Assembly: GCA_010093605.1 (NCBI GenBank)
Contig: MU004196.1
Span: 456,606-520,605 of the forward strand
Reading direction: 5' to 3'
Source of the DNA: Lophium mytilinum
Lineage: Eukaryota
DNA: 64,000 nt
The position numbers and the translations under genes were made by a program. Every line of letters starts with the position of its first letter. Positions within the stretch are counted from its first letter, which is position 1. The notes under the pieces were generated by a model. The model saw only the letters and a program-made list of their open reading frames with translations. It was not told the DNA's origin and ran no database searches. Of this stretch, positions 11,088-22,630 are shown one piece after another.

Positions 11088-12662
11088 ATGTCGCTAGCTG
11101 ATTTGCCCAACGAGTTGATCTTCGAGGTGGCATCGTACCTGGATGATGCTTCGCTTAGTGGTCTCTCCAGAATCTGCAAAGGCGCTCAGGATCTCTTGCA
11201 AGGCGATCTACATAGGCGTGCAATTACAGATCGACCAACAAGCCAGCCTCAGAGTGGGGCCAGACTCACTATTTCGGCACTTGACTGGGCTGTCAAGAAC
11301 CATAAGGTGCCACTCGTGCGATATCTCCTAGCTCACAACGCTACCGGTTTCGATGCAACGAAGCAAACCTGGCCCGCATTGGACCGCCTGATTGACAGGA
11401 GAGATTATTACGATATAGGGACCACGATGATACTTGTCGCCAAGGCTGCAGAGCTTGGGAGACTGAGCGGAATTGATGCGACTGCTATTCTCAGCAATCA
11501 GCTTCCAGACCACGTCGAACCTTATTCAAGGGGGTTTTACGCCGATCGCGATCGCGATCGCTACGCCCACCAGGAAGACCCTGATGGATCCAAGAAACTG
11601 CAACTAGTGGACTTGCTTCTTTCGAAGTATGGCGCCGATGCAACTGGAGCTGGTATTAAGGATGCCGGCTACCGTGGCTCGTTTCTCCACCGAGCCAGAT
11701 GTCCTAAGATGTTCAAGCTGCTGTTACAGCACAAAGCAGACATCAATTGGACGTCTAGTTATTGCTAACCGATCTTCTATCACCTCGTCGATGACTACGA
11801 CGACGGAGATGACACCGTCGCCCTCGTCCGTTTGCTCCTAGAGGCGGGCGTGGATCCAAACAAAGTCCGCGAAAAACATTCATACATCCAACCCCCATTG
11901 GGTACAGCGATGAGTTGGGGCAAACTCAAGACGGCAATGCTGCTAATAGACTTCGGCGCTTCTGTCAAGAATCAGGAGAAGATCTACATGGGGCGGCCAA
12001 TGGAGGGCTACGATTTTACCCCCCTCCTCGAAGCTGTCAGCAAGTTCCGCTGCGGTTGGAAGGCCGCCGCAACCTTGGACGATCAGCAGGAGCTTATCAA
12101 GAGGATGTTAAAGCTCGGAGCCAGCCCAGATGCTCTCGTGCTCGATGCTGCCATATTTAGAGCTGCGGGGGGCAACGATGGGAGCACCGAGATCATCAAA
12201 CTGCTCATTGAGCATGGTGCCAACGTGGTTGATGAAAAGGTGCTGGAAGGCGCCGTAGACGCTGAGGGTCCTGTTCAAGGCAGACCATTGGGGCCCCGGC
12301 TGGATGTCCTCACTAAGGTGGCACTGGAAAAGCGAATGCCTGAACTACTCGCTGGGGAATTTATATTGCGAAACGCTGAAGCAGCATTGCACAATATGCG
12401 AACGATGCCTAGAACCCGTCGGGACATCTCTGGCAATTTCGCGAGAAAGAGACGTGCTTTGCAGAAAACTTGGCCAAGTTTGGAAGCGGTCATGAACACC
12501 TTTAAGCCAGGTGAGATTCCCATTGCCGAAGAAATCCACCTTTTCTGGAACAAGCTTCATGGTGAAGTTGAAGATCTTCTACGGGACCGTATGGTATCCA
12601 TGGATAACGGACGGATTGTGAGGACGCGTATACCACTGCCGGCATCTCAGAAGGAAGAGTAG
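11088..12662 (+). pseudogene. F-box + ankyrin repeat protein with one in-frame stop
   Basis: MSLADLPNELIFEVASYL (F-box); ankyrin-type motifs ALDWAVKNHKVPLVRYLL, KLLLQHKADIN, LLEAGVDPN, LLIEHGANV. ORFs 10929-11768 and 11832-12662 are in the same frame, separated by a single TAA (11766-11768): ...SSYC*PIFYHLV... Confidence 0.75.
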
Positions 12663-12944
12663 AGAAAGGATCTTGGGCGTAATCCTTCGGTGTCTGCGAT
12701 GGGATAGCAGACGGAGCAGTTCATGCAGAAGCTAGCAGAGACTGAGTAGGAAGGCCACGAGTGAGATGAGGTTCGTGATTTTTCAATTCAGTGTTGTGAG
12801 ATACACGGTTTAATCATAAAGCTGTGAAGCCTAAGCAGTCAAATCAGACTGCCAAGACACTGGTTTGGATAGTCCTGAAAGTCGCTTGGAGTACCCCGAT
12901 ACGCTTTTGAGTATTTAGATACGATATGAAGTCTAACAAATTGA

Positions 12945-14175
12945 GAACTACACTACCTTTTTCCTAAATCAATACTTGCCAATCGGGGCACTCCTTGCAG
13001 TGGCGACGAGCGAGCAAAGGTACAGCCGGAGCAGTGATATATATCGGTGTGCCCCAACTTATAAACTAGTACTAATTGGGATTCTAGCATTTTGAAACAA
13101 CGTATGCGGATATTAGACTGCTTTTGAAGAGGCAGAAACCTACTAACTGGGGTACCCCTTACAGTGGCGCCTCACGAGCAAGACTGAATCCGGCGCAGCG
13201 ATATATGAGTGCGTACAGAGTTCTGAACTAGTACTGATAGGATTTAGGAATCTGGAACGATGTAGCGTCTAACACGGAGGAAATTAGACTAGATTTTGGA
13301 TAGGCAAATACTTGCCAGCTAGGGCACCCCTAACAGTGGTGCATAGCTTCCAAAATGACCCTCTAGGAGGCGTAAAATCTATACATCTACGCTTTGCAAG
13401 GGTATACACGATATAAATAATAATGCTGTTAATATAAGACCACCTCTTGACTGGCCGGCGTTGTGGCAATTGGGAGACTCCTGACAGCGGTATCTAGCTT
13501 CCACAGCGACAGTCCAATAGTCGCGATATCTATGTGAGTAGTCTTTGTAAGGGTATACAAAACAAAAATGTCAACACTATCAATATCAGCCTCCTTCTTG
13601 ACTGTCTAACGCGATGGCAACGGGGGTGCCCCTAACAGTGGTATAGAGATTTCAAATGAGCACTCTACTAGACGCAATGTTTCCATATCTATGCTTCGCA
13701 AAGACAGACACCATCTAAATGACGACCCTATTAATATTAGGTTACCTCTTGACTGCCCGCGGTTATAGCAGCGGGGGCAATCCTAACAGTGGTATAGACC
13801 TTCCAAAATAGCGCACGCGTAGTGATATATTCAAGTATCTCGACTTATATCATAGTGCTATGTTTGCGGAATAGGATACTATGGCTAGCACAGTGAATAT
13901 CAGGCTACCCTTTGACGAAGGAAATACCTTCTAGCTGGGGTACCCCTTACAGCGGTATCTGCTAAGCAAGATTGGAGCCAGAGCCGTAGTATATCTAGGT
14001 AGCCAATACCATCATGGGTTTTACAAACGCAATAGGATGTAAAGGCCATGGCAGTGAATATTGGGCTACCTTTTGACGAAGTAAGTACCTGCTAGCTGGG
14101 GTGTTCCTTACAGTGGTACCTAATAAGCAGGAGTGGAGCTAAAGCAGTGCTATATTCAGGCGCCCGTTATAGTGC
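12945..14175 (+). repeat. Degenerate tandem array of 8 units (151-172 bp) with conserved box A (CTACCTTTTGAC) - 28 nt - box B (CCTWACAGTGG)
   Basis: Box B starts at 12993, 13157, 13329, 13480, 13631, 13782, 13945 and 14106 (periods 164, 172, 151, 151, 151, 163, 161). Box A ends 28 nt before box B in each unit (degenerate in units 1 and 3). GGGGTACCCC palindrome in units 2 and 7. Confidence 0.9.
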
Positions 14176-14597
14176 TTTAGGAATGGCGCACTTCTTGCGG
14201 CCATGATGGTAGAAGGCGCGATGTCGTTATAAGCAAGAAATGTCCGCGATTTCTAGGAATAAACTTCACCCTAGTACATCACATTTTCTACATAGCACTT
14301 CATCAAGAAAAGCTTGTAGGTCTAGAATTGATATTTCAACTAGACCGAACCATCTTGGTGGGCCCAGCACGCGACCTCCCTCTATTAGGAAGGAAGTCTC
14401 CCAGCCCTCGCCCCAAACACCTGTATAATGCCTTGTCGAACACGCAGCTATTAGGCTGCGCGTGACTAACACTATACAGGGCTGAGACGAGGGCTGGTGT
14501 GTGCTGGTTGCATCCCACAAGCCTATATAGTTCTACCCCAGCGCCCCGTGAACCACGCATAGAACAAAGGAAAAAAAAAAGACAAAAGAACACATTT

Positions 14598-17500
14598 CTA
14601 ACCCGCTTTTCGGTACTTATGGCCATGACTGTGCAAGAAAGAGCACTTTGAGTTCTTACAGCTGCTTCCGTTTTTACACTCCCTTTTGGAGTGGTAGTTG
14701 GGACACTGTGGGACTCTACACTCGCCACCCTTCGTACAATATCCTCTCGAATCTGGCGCCGGGAAAGCTCGGCTGATGGAAGAGCCCGTTGGAGTAGGCT
14801 GAGCGGCAGGCTGAGGAGTAGGCGGGGTAGCTGGCCCTGGAGTAGGCGTAGTACTTTGCTTAGCGGCCTCGACGCCATTCATCTCATCGGCCCAAGTAAG
14901 TGGAGGCTTTGTGGTATCCGTCCCACTTGAGGTACTACCACCGACACTCGGGAGCTTGGAGGCCGGTTGAGATGTGCTCGGAGGAGCAGTCTGAGGAGCA
15001 ATCCTTCCTTGCGCAGCATCCCGCAAGAGATGCCCATCTATACCCGGTTTACCAGGATGGTACTTGACGCACATCAGGTCTTGGCAGTGCTTCGCTTCCG
15101 AGATTGTCTCCCCTTTGCTGTCAACACCACAATAATCTTCGCAGTGTCTATTTGGGCAGCCTTTCGAGGTAAGATGGCATTCCCCACCGTTGGTACAGTA
15201 TCCATGTCTATTCGCCCTTGGGAAAGTTATGGTTCCCTCGAATGAAGCAATGCGTTTGCGGCGATTGCTTATCCCTCCATGCATTTCCAGATCTTTCTTG
15301 ATATCTTCGCCGAGCCAATCATGCTTTTGTGCAACGAGGCGGTAGTACTTTGGCTGGTCGTGGAGAAGAAGCTTTTCAAGCTCCTCTGGAGTGAAATCAT
15401 TCACATCCTCTGATTGATCCTTGCTGATAGAAGGGGCGTCACGAGTGGAAGGAGTAGCCGTGGTCATCTTGGGTATTGTGCTGTACTTGCTCTTTCCCAT
15501 TCCACCCTGAATCTTGGGAGCAGTCGTCGCGGTCTTGGCTGTTGTGCTATACTTGGAGATGCCCATTCCACCTTGCTTCTTGTAGTTGTCGTCTTCCGCT
15601 TTCTCCAAAGCCCTGGCTCTAGCGATCTTGTCCTGGGCAGCCTTCATCTTGGCGGTCAAGTGCATTTCTCCAATCGTCTCGTGCTGAACGATCACTGGTT
15701 TATGACTTTCCGCCTCACTCTTGGCAGGCAAATTACGATCTTGCCGCTTTGACTGGCTTAGAGCATCGCCCGGTGCTTCAGATTTGCCGTCGCTGGATTC
15801 AACGGTCTTTATGCTCGACTTAGCTTCCTCATTTGGCTGGAGTATCGCATCGCCCGGCGCTCGAGGCTTGCCGTCGCTCGAGCTTTCTTTGTTCGACTGG
15901 ACCGACTTCATCAAATGGCCGAAGATGTTCTTCACTGGGTTCGGCTTCTCGTTCAGCGGTTTTGGGATCCCGGAGATCTCATTCCTTGGCAAGAAGGGGT
16001 TGGCGATCTGTGAACCAGGGCGCGTCTGCTGGCCAGGTGAAGAGCTAAAGATCCCGGCCGAAAAGGTTGGCTTGAGCCCAGGGCTCGCTGCACCAAACGC
16101 TGGTTTCGGGACATTGGAGAACTCACTCTTGTGGGCGAAGGGGTCGGCCGTGAGTATCTTAGGAGCCGGCGGCTGTCCGAACGAAGGGCTGAACGAAGGG
16201 CTAGATAGCCCGGGTCCGAGCGTGGAGATGGGTTTGGATCTAGAGCCCGGGGAACCGAAGCCGAGTGCAGGTGACCCTGGGGTGAAAGAAGGAGCGGAAG
16301 GTTTGAGATTCGAGGTAGTCGGAGATAGCTTCACTTCGGAGAAAAAGCTTGTTCCTTGCGGTGGTGCTACTAGTGTAACCTTTGTGGAAGGGTTACTTCC
16401 AGATGGCTTCTCGTTTGCGCTAGTCTGCATGCCGGTCTGCTGGCCATTGACAGTCTCTGATGCCGCATGTGACTGTAGTGCTTCGCTCTGTCCGCTGGAT
16501 GACTTGTTGACCTGACCAGCAGCACCAGCGCCTGGTAAGTCCGGCTTGTCATCGTTGGGGGTGTCATCATCATCTCCTCCATCGTCGGCTTGGGAACGAC
16601 GACCGCTGTGTGAAGGAGGTGGTGGAGGCGGCGGGGTCTTGTCAATTTTGCTGTCGGCCTTTCCTGTGGCGTCCTTAGAGTGATCTTCGCCTGCGCCATC
16701 TTTCTCGTCCTTCGGGGTTTGGTCAACACCGTCGCCATCACCATCCTCACCATCCTTATGATCGCCATCGTCACCAATCTTGTTATCCGCGCCATCCGCA
16801 TCATCCTCGTCATCCGCACCATCCTCGTCATTCTCTTCATCCTCGTCCTTCTTGTCCTTCTTGTCCTCCTCGTCCACCTCGTCCTCCTCACGCTCGTCAG
16901 ACGGACTAGCGGCCAGTGCTTGCTCAACGCTAAGAAGGCGCTCATTCAGCACGCTCAAGGCATCGGCAAATTTATCAAACGTAGGTCCCATCGCCTCCTT
17001 AATGAGTGGGCCTAGACTCTCTCGGATCGTTGCTCTCGCGATCTCCTGGGCTTCCTCTTTGGACGTGCAGGAGTCGATCTGTGCTCGTAACTTCCTGATC
17101 ATCTCCGAGCCCTCGACTTGGCCTAGGACACCTACTGTGAACTCTTGGAGGTTGGTAATTGCCGTGTTTAAAGAAGCGAGGGCGATGTTGACGGCTTTCT
17201 GTGCCTCGGAATGGCTGTTCCGCTCCTTCTCCAACTTGGCCTCGACGTCAGTCTTGAGGGAGGTTCTCATGGCATCCAGATCGTCCTGCGTGGCCATGAT
17301 TGTATCGACCGACTTCTTCCATGCATCGGTCCCAAGCATGAAGTCATGAATGCCAGGAATGCAATTCACGTTATTCACGATCCACTTGATCAGGTTGTGA
17401 GAGCTCAAGTCCATTCCGACCACAATCTTCTTGACAGTTTCTGTCATCGCAGCATCGGAGACGCTCGGCCCTGCGTTCGGGGTGGATGTAGCAGTTGCAG

Positions 17501-19121
17501 CACTGAGATTGCTGACCGCCTCTGCGATAGATCGCTTAGCTTCGTCCCTGGTGACGAAGGTTGCAGTCTCTTTCTCGACCGCGGCGACAGAGCCCTTGGC
17601 GGCGTTGGCATTCTGAAGCGCAGCATATGCCTTCGTCTGAGCATCCGTGGCTTTCTTTTCTGCGTCCTCAGCCTTCTTGTCTGCGTCGGAGGCTTTCTTT
17701 CCAGCATTCTTGGCGAACTTCTCCGCTGTATCTGCCTTCTTCAGGGTATCGCTTGCCTTTTTCTCGACGGCGACGATCCTTTCCATGACTTCCTCGAGTT
17801 CGGTGGTTTCAGACTTCTTGACATTACTGCTGCTCTCCGAGGCAATGGCGGTCTTCTCAGAGGTTGGTGTGCTTGTCCCGCTACTACTAAGTGCAGCAGC
17901 TTCAGCCTTCATCTCTAACCAAGTAAGGGGCCAGTCGACGTCTTTGGAATCAATAGAGGATGCTCGGGTCTGCTCGTTGACTTTTCGGGCTTCCTCGATC
18001 TCGCGGTTGATATAGTCGGTCGCCTGATCAGTTTCCGGCATCTTTTGGGTATGCGCGTTGGCGAGTAGCTTTTGGAAGAGTGCGGTGGCCTGATCCTCTG
18101 TTAAGCCCTCCTTGGACCCGGCCCCATTTGAGCTTCGATCTCTCGCAGTCGTATGTCTCGTGAGCGCGTTGACCTGATCCTCCAAGGCCTTGCGCGCCTC
18201 AGTTTCCTTCGCGAGATTCATCTTGAGCTCGTTGACATCGGCTAAAGTTTGTTTGTCTCCGGCCTCCACCACCTCTATGCGTCCTTTCAATTGATCTCCG
18301 AAGCGGTCTGCCATGTCCACGGCGGGCTGCAATCTCAAATGAATGCGGCGATCGAATCTGCGGTAAATGAGCCGGCGCAACTCTCGAAGCAAGCTCAGGT
18401 CCGTGGCGCTATGATTGGGAGGGGGATCGTCATCGTCATCATCACCTCCGTCGCCGTTGTCGTCCTCGCCCGGGTCACGGAAGATATATCTGAGGGCGCG
18501 ATACGTCCAGGAGTCTCTCGAATTCTCAATCTTGTTTTCCAGCTTCAGGATTTGCCAGGTGAGTCTGGCGCCCACCTCCTTCACCCTGTTGTGCTGGAAG
18601 AACCATGCCGCTACCAGTGCTGCAAGGATGACGAGCATGGCGATACCAACATAGAAGCCAGTATCCCAAGCAGTCGCTAGCCGGCTCTCGGTAGCCAACC
18701 AGCGACCCTCCATCTCAAGGGTGATGTTCCGAACCGCGTCCGTCTGTAGCTGATGGAAGTTCTTCTGCATCTCATAATTGTTCCGCTTGAGTTCTTGCCA
18801 TTGCTGCTGGATTGGTTGGGACAGGTCCACTTTGGCTTCCGCGTAGTTCCGCATCTGCTCCGTCACGAAGTCTATCTGTGCTTTTACCGTGTCAGACATT
18901 GACAACGTCTCGTTCTTGAGTCCCTCCATCTGAGTCACGTAGCCCCTGGTTCGCTTCTCCTGTCCGCCGACGGAGAACAAGTCCTTAACCGCATAATGGT
19001 AGAACCCGGTGGTCGCAATCAGCCCGATGGAGATCGTCTTGCCGGCTTGAAGCGTGTTCGGGGGGCTGTAAAGGTAGTACCCCCAAATACCAGCGACGGT
19101 GTTCATGTCAAAACGTGGCAT
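14598..19121 (-). CDS. Large intronless protein: TM helix, coiled coil, acidic and Pro-rich tracts, PAM2-like motif, C-terminal CCCH zinc fingers
   Basis: 1507-aa open ORF. TM segment FYVGIAMLVILAALVAAWFF; K/A/D-rich heptads; SNLKPSAPSFTP; CTKGGECRVPQCPNYH and CKNGSSCKNSKCSFLH (C-x5-C-x4-C-x3-H), plus CTNGGECHLTSKGCPNRH. Confidence 0.85.
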   Translation of the reverse strand: MPRFDMNTVAGIWGYYLYSPPNTLQAGKTISIGLIATTGFYHYAVKDLFSVGGQEKRTRGYVTQMEGLKNETLSMSDTVKAQIDFVTEQMRNYAEAKVDLSQPIQQQWQELKRNNYEMQKNFHQLQTDAVRNITLEMEGRWLATESRLATAWDTGFYVGIAMLVILAALVAAWFFQHNRVKEVGARLTWQILKLENKIENSRDSWTYRALRYIFRDPGEDDNGDGGDDDDDDPPPNHSATDLSLLRELRRLIYRRFDRRIHLRLQPAVDMADRFGDQLKGRIEVVEAGDKQTLADVNELKMNLAKETEARKALEDQVNALTRHTTARDRSSNGAGSKEGLTEDQATALFQKLLANAHTQKMPETDQATDYINREIEEARKVNEQTRASSIDSKDVDWPLTWLEMKAEAAALSSSGTSTPTSEKTAIASESSSNVKKSETTELEEVMERIVAVEKKASDTLKKADTAEKFAKNAGKKASDADKKAEDAEKKATDAQTKAYAALQNANAAKGSVAAVEKETATFVTRDEAKRSIAEAVSNLSAATATSTPNAGPSVSDAAMTETVKKIVVGMDLSSHNLIKWIVNNVNCIPGIHDFMLGTDAWKKSVDTIMATQDDLDAMRTSLKTDVEAKLEKERNSHSEAQKAVNIALASLNTAITNLQEFTVGVLGQVEGSEMIRKLRAQIDSCTSKEEAQEIARATIRESLGPLIKEAMGPTFDKFADALSVLNERLLSVEQALAASPSDEREEDEVDEEDKKDKKDEDEENDEDGADDEDDADGADNKIGDDGDHKDGEDGDGDGVDQTPKDEKDGAGEDHSKDATGKADSKIDKTPPPPPPPSHSGRRSQADDGGDDDDTPNDDKPDLPGAGAAGQVNKSSSGQSEALQSHAASETVNGQQTGMQTSANEKPSGSNPSTKVTLVAPPQGTSFFSEVKLSPTTSNLKPSAPSFTPGSPALGFGSPGSRSKPISTLGPGLSSPSFSPSFGQPPAPKILTADPFAHKSEFSNVPKPAFGAASPGLKPTFSAGIFSSSPGQQTRPGSQIANPFLPRNEISGIPKPLNEKPNPVKNIFGHLMKSVQSNKESSSDGKPRAPGDAILQPNEEAKSSIKTVESSDGKSEAPGDALSQSKRQDRNLPAKSEAESHKPVIVQHETIGEMHLTAKMKAAQDKIARARALEKAEDDNYKKQGGMGISKYSTTAKTATTAPKIQGGMGKSKYSTIPKMTTATPSTRDAPSISKDQSEDVNDFTPEELEKLLLHDQPKYYRLVAQKHDWLGEDIKKDLEMHGGISNRRKRIASFEGTITFPRANRHGYCTNGGECHLTSKGCPNRHCEDYCGVDSKGETISEAKHCQDLMCVKYHPGKPGIDGHLLRDAAQGRIAPQTAPPSTSQPASKLPSVGGSTSSGTDTTKPPLTWADEMNGVEAAKQSTTPTPGPATPPTPQPAAQPTPTGSSISRAFPAPDSRGYCTKGGECRVPQCPNYHSKRECKNGSSCKNSKCSFLHSHGHKYRKAG

Positions 19122-20712
19122 GGTGGGTGATGGGTAGGTCGGTGTTTGATGTTTAGAAAAGACGGGGTTGGTGTAGGGTTGTGGTGAGAGTATGTCGTGT
19201 GGAGGAAGCGAGGGTGGTGAGTGAGGAAAGATGTATCTGGGTGGGGCCCGCTGTCGATTAACGAGAAAAGGTTTGTGGGCGCCTAGTGTGGACTAGCGTG
19301 GCGTGGGAAGGTGAATGAAGGGCCGCACGGGATACAACCGGCCACCCGTCGCCGAAGAGTGCGGTCGTTTCGTAAAGCCGATAGTAGGCGTGAAAGTGTT
19401 TATGAATAGAGAAACTCGCCTAGCCAGATACCGAATGTTTGAACACCTGATTGAAGGTTACAACAACGCCAGATGTCTCGCTGGCGGGGTCTGGGATAAG
19501 TGACGCGGAGTCGATTACCGCGTGGTCTGTTTCTGCATGCAATGTTAGCACCGAAGTCTTCTTAACGTATCTACAGAATGTCAGTGATCGGAAGTCGTTC
19601 GTATAGTTCATGTAGTGTCGAAGTGTGTATTAGCGTAGTATATAAAAACTCTATTGTCACGTTCTCTTCAATGGTGGACAAAGAAAGTATACGAACGCCG
19701 ATCGGAAAGGTCATAGATCGCTCTTTATTGGCTTTGTCGATTATCTCCCAGTGCTTCTTTGTCGCTTTGTTTCCAGATCTTGCAGTCTGGGGAATCTGGC
19801 TCACGGGTGTAATCAGCGACCTTCGAATCAAACCTTGAGCTCAGAGGTGCGACATGAACGAGAGATGTGGTTGACATAGCTAAAGCTCAACAGAATTACA
19901 CGCACTTGTCACACCCAATGAGGGCTCTCGAGAGGTTCATTCATAGAAAAACTTAAAGGAAAATGTATGTCACGTGATCATTGAAAGTACGTCCATATCT
20001 TCACTGCATTTCGGGGTCGGCACCAATCGATTGCGCGAACATCGAAGATAGTCTAAGAAGGAGGATGATTGCCCTGGCAGCGAGGCTGACTTGAGAGAAT
20101 ATGGCTTGGTCGACGACAGATTGTGGCAGGTTGCAAACGGAGGGAAATGGTGTATACGACACGACCGAAGGATGGCGTCCAACATAGCATGAGAAGTGCA
20201 TCTTTCATGGGGCATATCAGGGGTATGGCGCCCATACAGACGGGTCTGTGGGAGCAATTTACGCGACAGTACGTAGGTAGTCAATCGCTAGGAGATGAAA
20301 GAGGAATGAAGCAGACTGCGAAGGGTGCTCGAAGTCTTCCCATACTATCGAAGATTCGGGCAGGTTGAGTGGGGTGGATGTAATAGAGATGATGTCTGCA
20401 TGGTTGCTGCAGAGAGGAAGGTGTTAGATTACGAAGTAGTTCGATGCACGGTTTCGAGCGCATCACGTGCCGTATTGCAGCGCCACCGTCGCATATGTTG
20501 GTAAATTAGACAGTATCCTATGCTGCAAGAGTATTCCAATGTGCCTTAAGCATTCATCAGTATATTTAGAGTAACTGTAACCGTTGATGATGCACTACCT
20601 AGATATTGACACGTGACCTGCTCTCGACATTGCCCAGTCGACCAAAATACAGAGTGGTGATTTTTAACTCCACGCTATGCAACGCCAGTATATGCCAGTC
20701 TTGCCCATATTC

Positions 20713-22630
20713 TCACGCAACCACCCCTTTTCCATCAAAGCCCGTAGGTCCGATAAGACCACCTCCAACCTCCTCCCCACTCTCGCTCTCATGAAATCTC
20801 CTCGCCGCCAACTCCCTCTGGCGCTGCTCCCTTTTCCACAGAAACTTAATCACAAACGCCGTCACGATCAACGAGAGACTGAGACACGTAATCGTGATGT
20901 ACCCCTTTTGATACTCCGGCGCATCGACCTGCTGCCACACAATCAGGGGCAGCCATGCCTGCAGCACGTACGCGAATTCGTTCATGGAACCCACGACGAT
21001 GGCGCGCTCTTCGTTGTCATCGGCGCAGATCTCGTGCGCCCAGGACATGCATAGGCCGGAGAGACCGCCGCCGCAGCCGAAGAGGATGAAGCAGGCCCAT
21101 TTCCAGTTCAAAGAGACGTCCCAGATTGCCAGGGAGACGGCACACATAATGTTAACACACTAATCATTCCAAGGCTGTTAGACTGGTTCTAGAATATGAA
21201 GATATAGGATGGGAGCACGTACACCACCGAAAACGATCGGAGGCCAGCGGCTGCCTTTCAGGAATGAGTCAGAGCTCCAGGCATATATCAACGTTGAAAG
21301 CACTTGCACGGCGTTTGTGATAGTAGGGTAGACGTTGATTTGCGCAACGGTATAGTGAGGATGCTTAGAGGATTTGAGGAATTGAGCGAAGACGGGGGCT
21401 GCGCCGACACCGCCGTTGTTGAAGAAGCTGGGTTTATCGAGTGTGAGTATAGGTGACCGGGATGAGAAAATTGCTGAAAGAGGCTTACATGTAGAGTAGA
21501 ACGAGCGCGTATATATGCCACGAAGTAAAGATCTTCCGAATCTTAGCTTTTGTGTATGGTTGGCGCTTTGCTCGTCCTTCGAGATCCATTCGTTTGACCG
21601 CTAGTGCGACTTCCTGTCCGTTTTGTCAGCGTAAATGGACGAAATAGGTAGTTACCGATGAGTGTATTTGTTTACCTTCTTGGTTAAGTACCACGGTCTT
21701 GAGATCTCTGGCACATCCGGTAGAACAAAGTAGCCTGCGATTGCGACGGGAAGGGAGATTATTCCATCAACAATGAAAAGCCTAAGTTCGTCAGCTACGA
21801 CTTGAGAGCTTACCGAGGAAAAAGACTTACCATTGCCACCCCTTAAACCCACCTCTTCCGTTAAGCTTGTACACCGCGGCCATCAAGTACCCCGAAAACA
21901 TGCTTCCGAGCGCAGAGCTCGTATGGAAGATACAAGAACGCTTCGCCAATTCGTCTTTGCGGTACCACGAGCCGATGATGTATTGCATTCCGGGGTAAAA
22001 CGTGCTTTCGGCTAGACCCACGAAGAAACGGAGAATATAAATAGTCTTCGCTGATTCTGCGCGACATAGTGAGAAAGTGAGCACGGCCCAGATCACTTCC
22101 ATGGTCGGAATCCATAAGGAAGGACGATACTTGGTGAGGATGATGTTACTGGGAATTTCTCCGAGGACGTAGCCAACTGTCCAGCAGGTTTGCATGTAGT
22201 TGAGCTGGTTTCCGTATAGACCGAGGTCTTCTTTCCTGTGCTGAGTGTTAGCATGGCGACGATAGCATTCGATCGGTTTGTTAACGTGAACCTACATGCC
22301 CGAAACGAATGCGCTATTGATGTTAATTTGATCCAGGTATTTGATGAAATACCCTGTAGCTCGTTAGTCCAAGTAAGAGGAGACCACATAGAGCGAAGAC
22401 AAGGGTGGTGTACCAAGACTAGCGAATGTCAAAATCGCTGCGTCAAGCTTAAACATGAACCATCTCTCCTCCTTTGGCTTATCAAGGGTATCCCAAACAT
22501 AATGCGTCCACTTCTTAGGTTTCTCCTCCAACAGCTCATCCGCATGCTGGCGGCGAGTCTCTTCCTCAGACGTCAACGACGAAGCACCGCCCCCTCTCGC
22601 TTCCGCTTCCGTGATACTCGGCACTCCCAT
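20713..22630 (-). CDS. MFS transporter, anion:cation symporter/allantoate permease family (Fen2/Seo1/Liz1-like), multi-exon
   Basis: WDTLDKPKEERWFMFKLDAAILTFASLG, YFIKYLDQININ, GYVLGEIPSN, LAESTFYPGMQYIIGSWYRKDELAKRS, GGFKGWQW|LFIVDGIISLP, SWAHEICADDNEERA; several GT-AG introns. Confidence 0.92.

Noticed and set aside
12945..14175. Array as CRISPR
   Set aside because: Eukaryotic context, degenerate repeats, inter-box regions homologous to one another rather than unique, and no cas genes.
12945..14175. Array as decayed ankyrin-coding repeats (box A can read NIRLLLD)
   Set aside because: Periods (151, 161, 163, 164, 172) are not multiples of 3 and are far from 99 bp; stops occur in that frame.
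12945..14175. Box B as a 3' splice site (CTAACAG) or an H/ACA box
   Set aside because: No matching donors or host exons, and no consistent double hairpin or H box seen by eye; left unsupported.
19315..20470. Short ORFs upstream of the 1507-aa gene
   Set aside because: No recognisable domain or splice structure.
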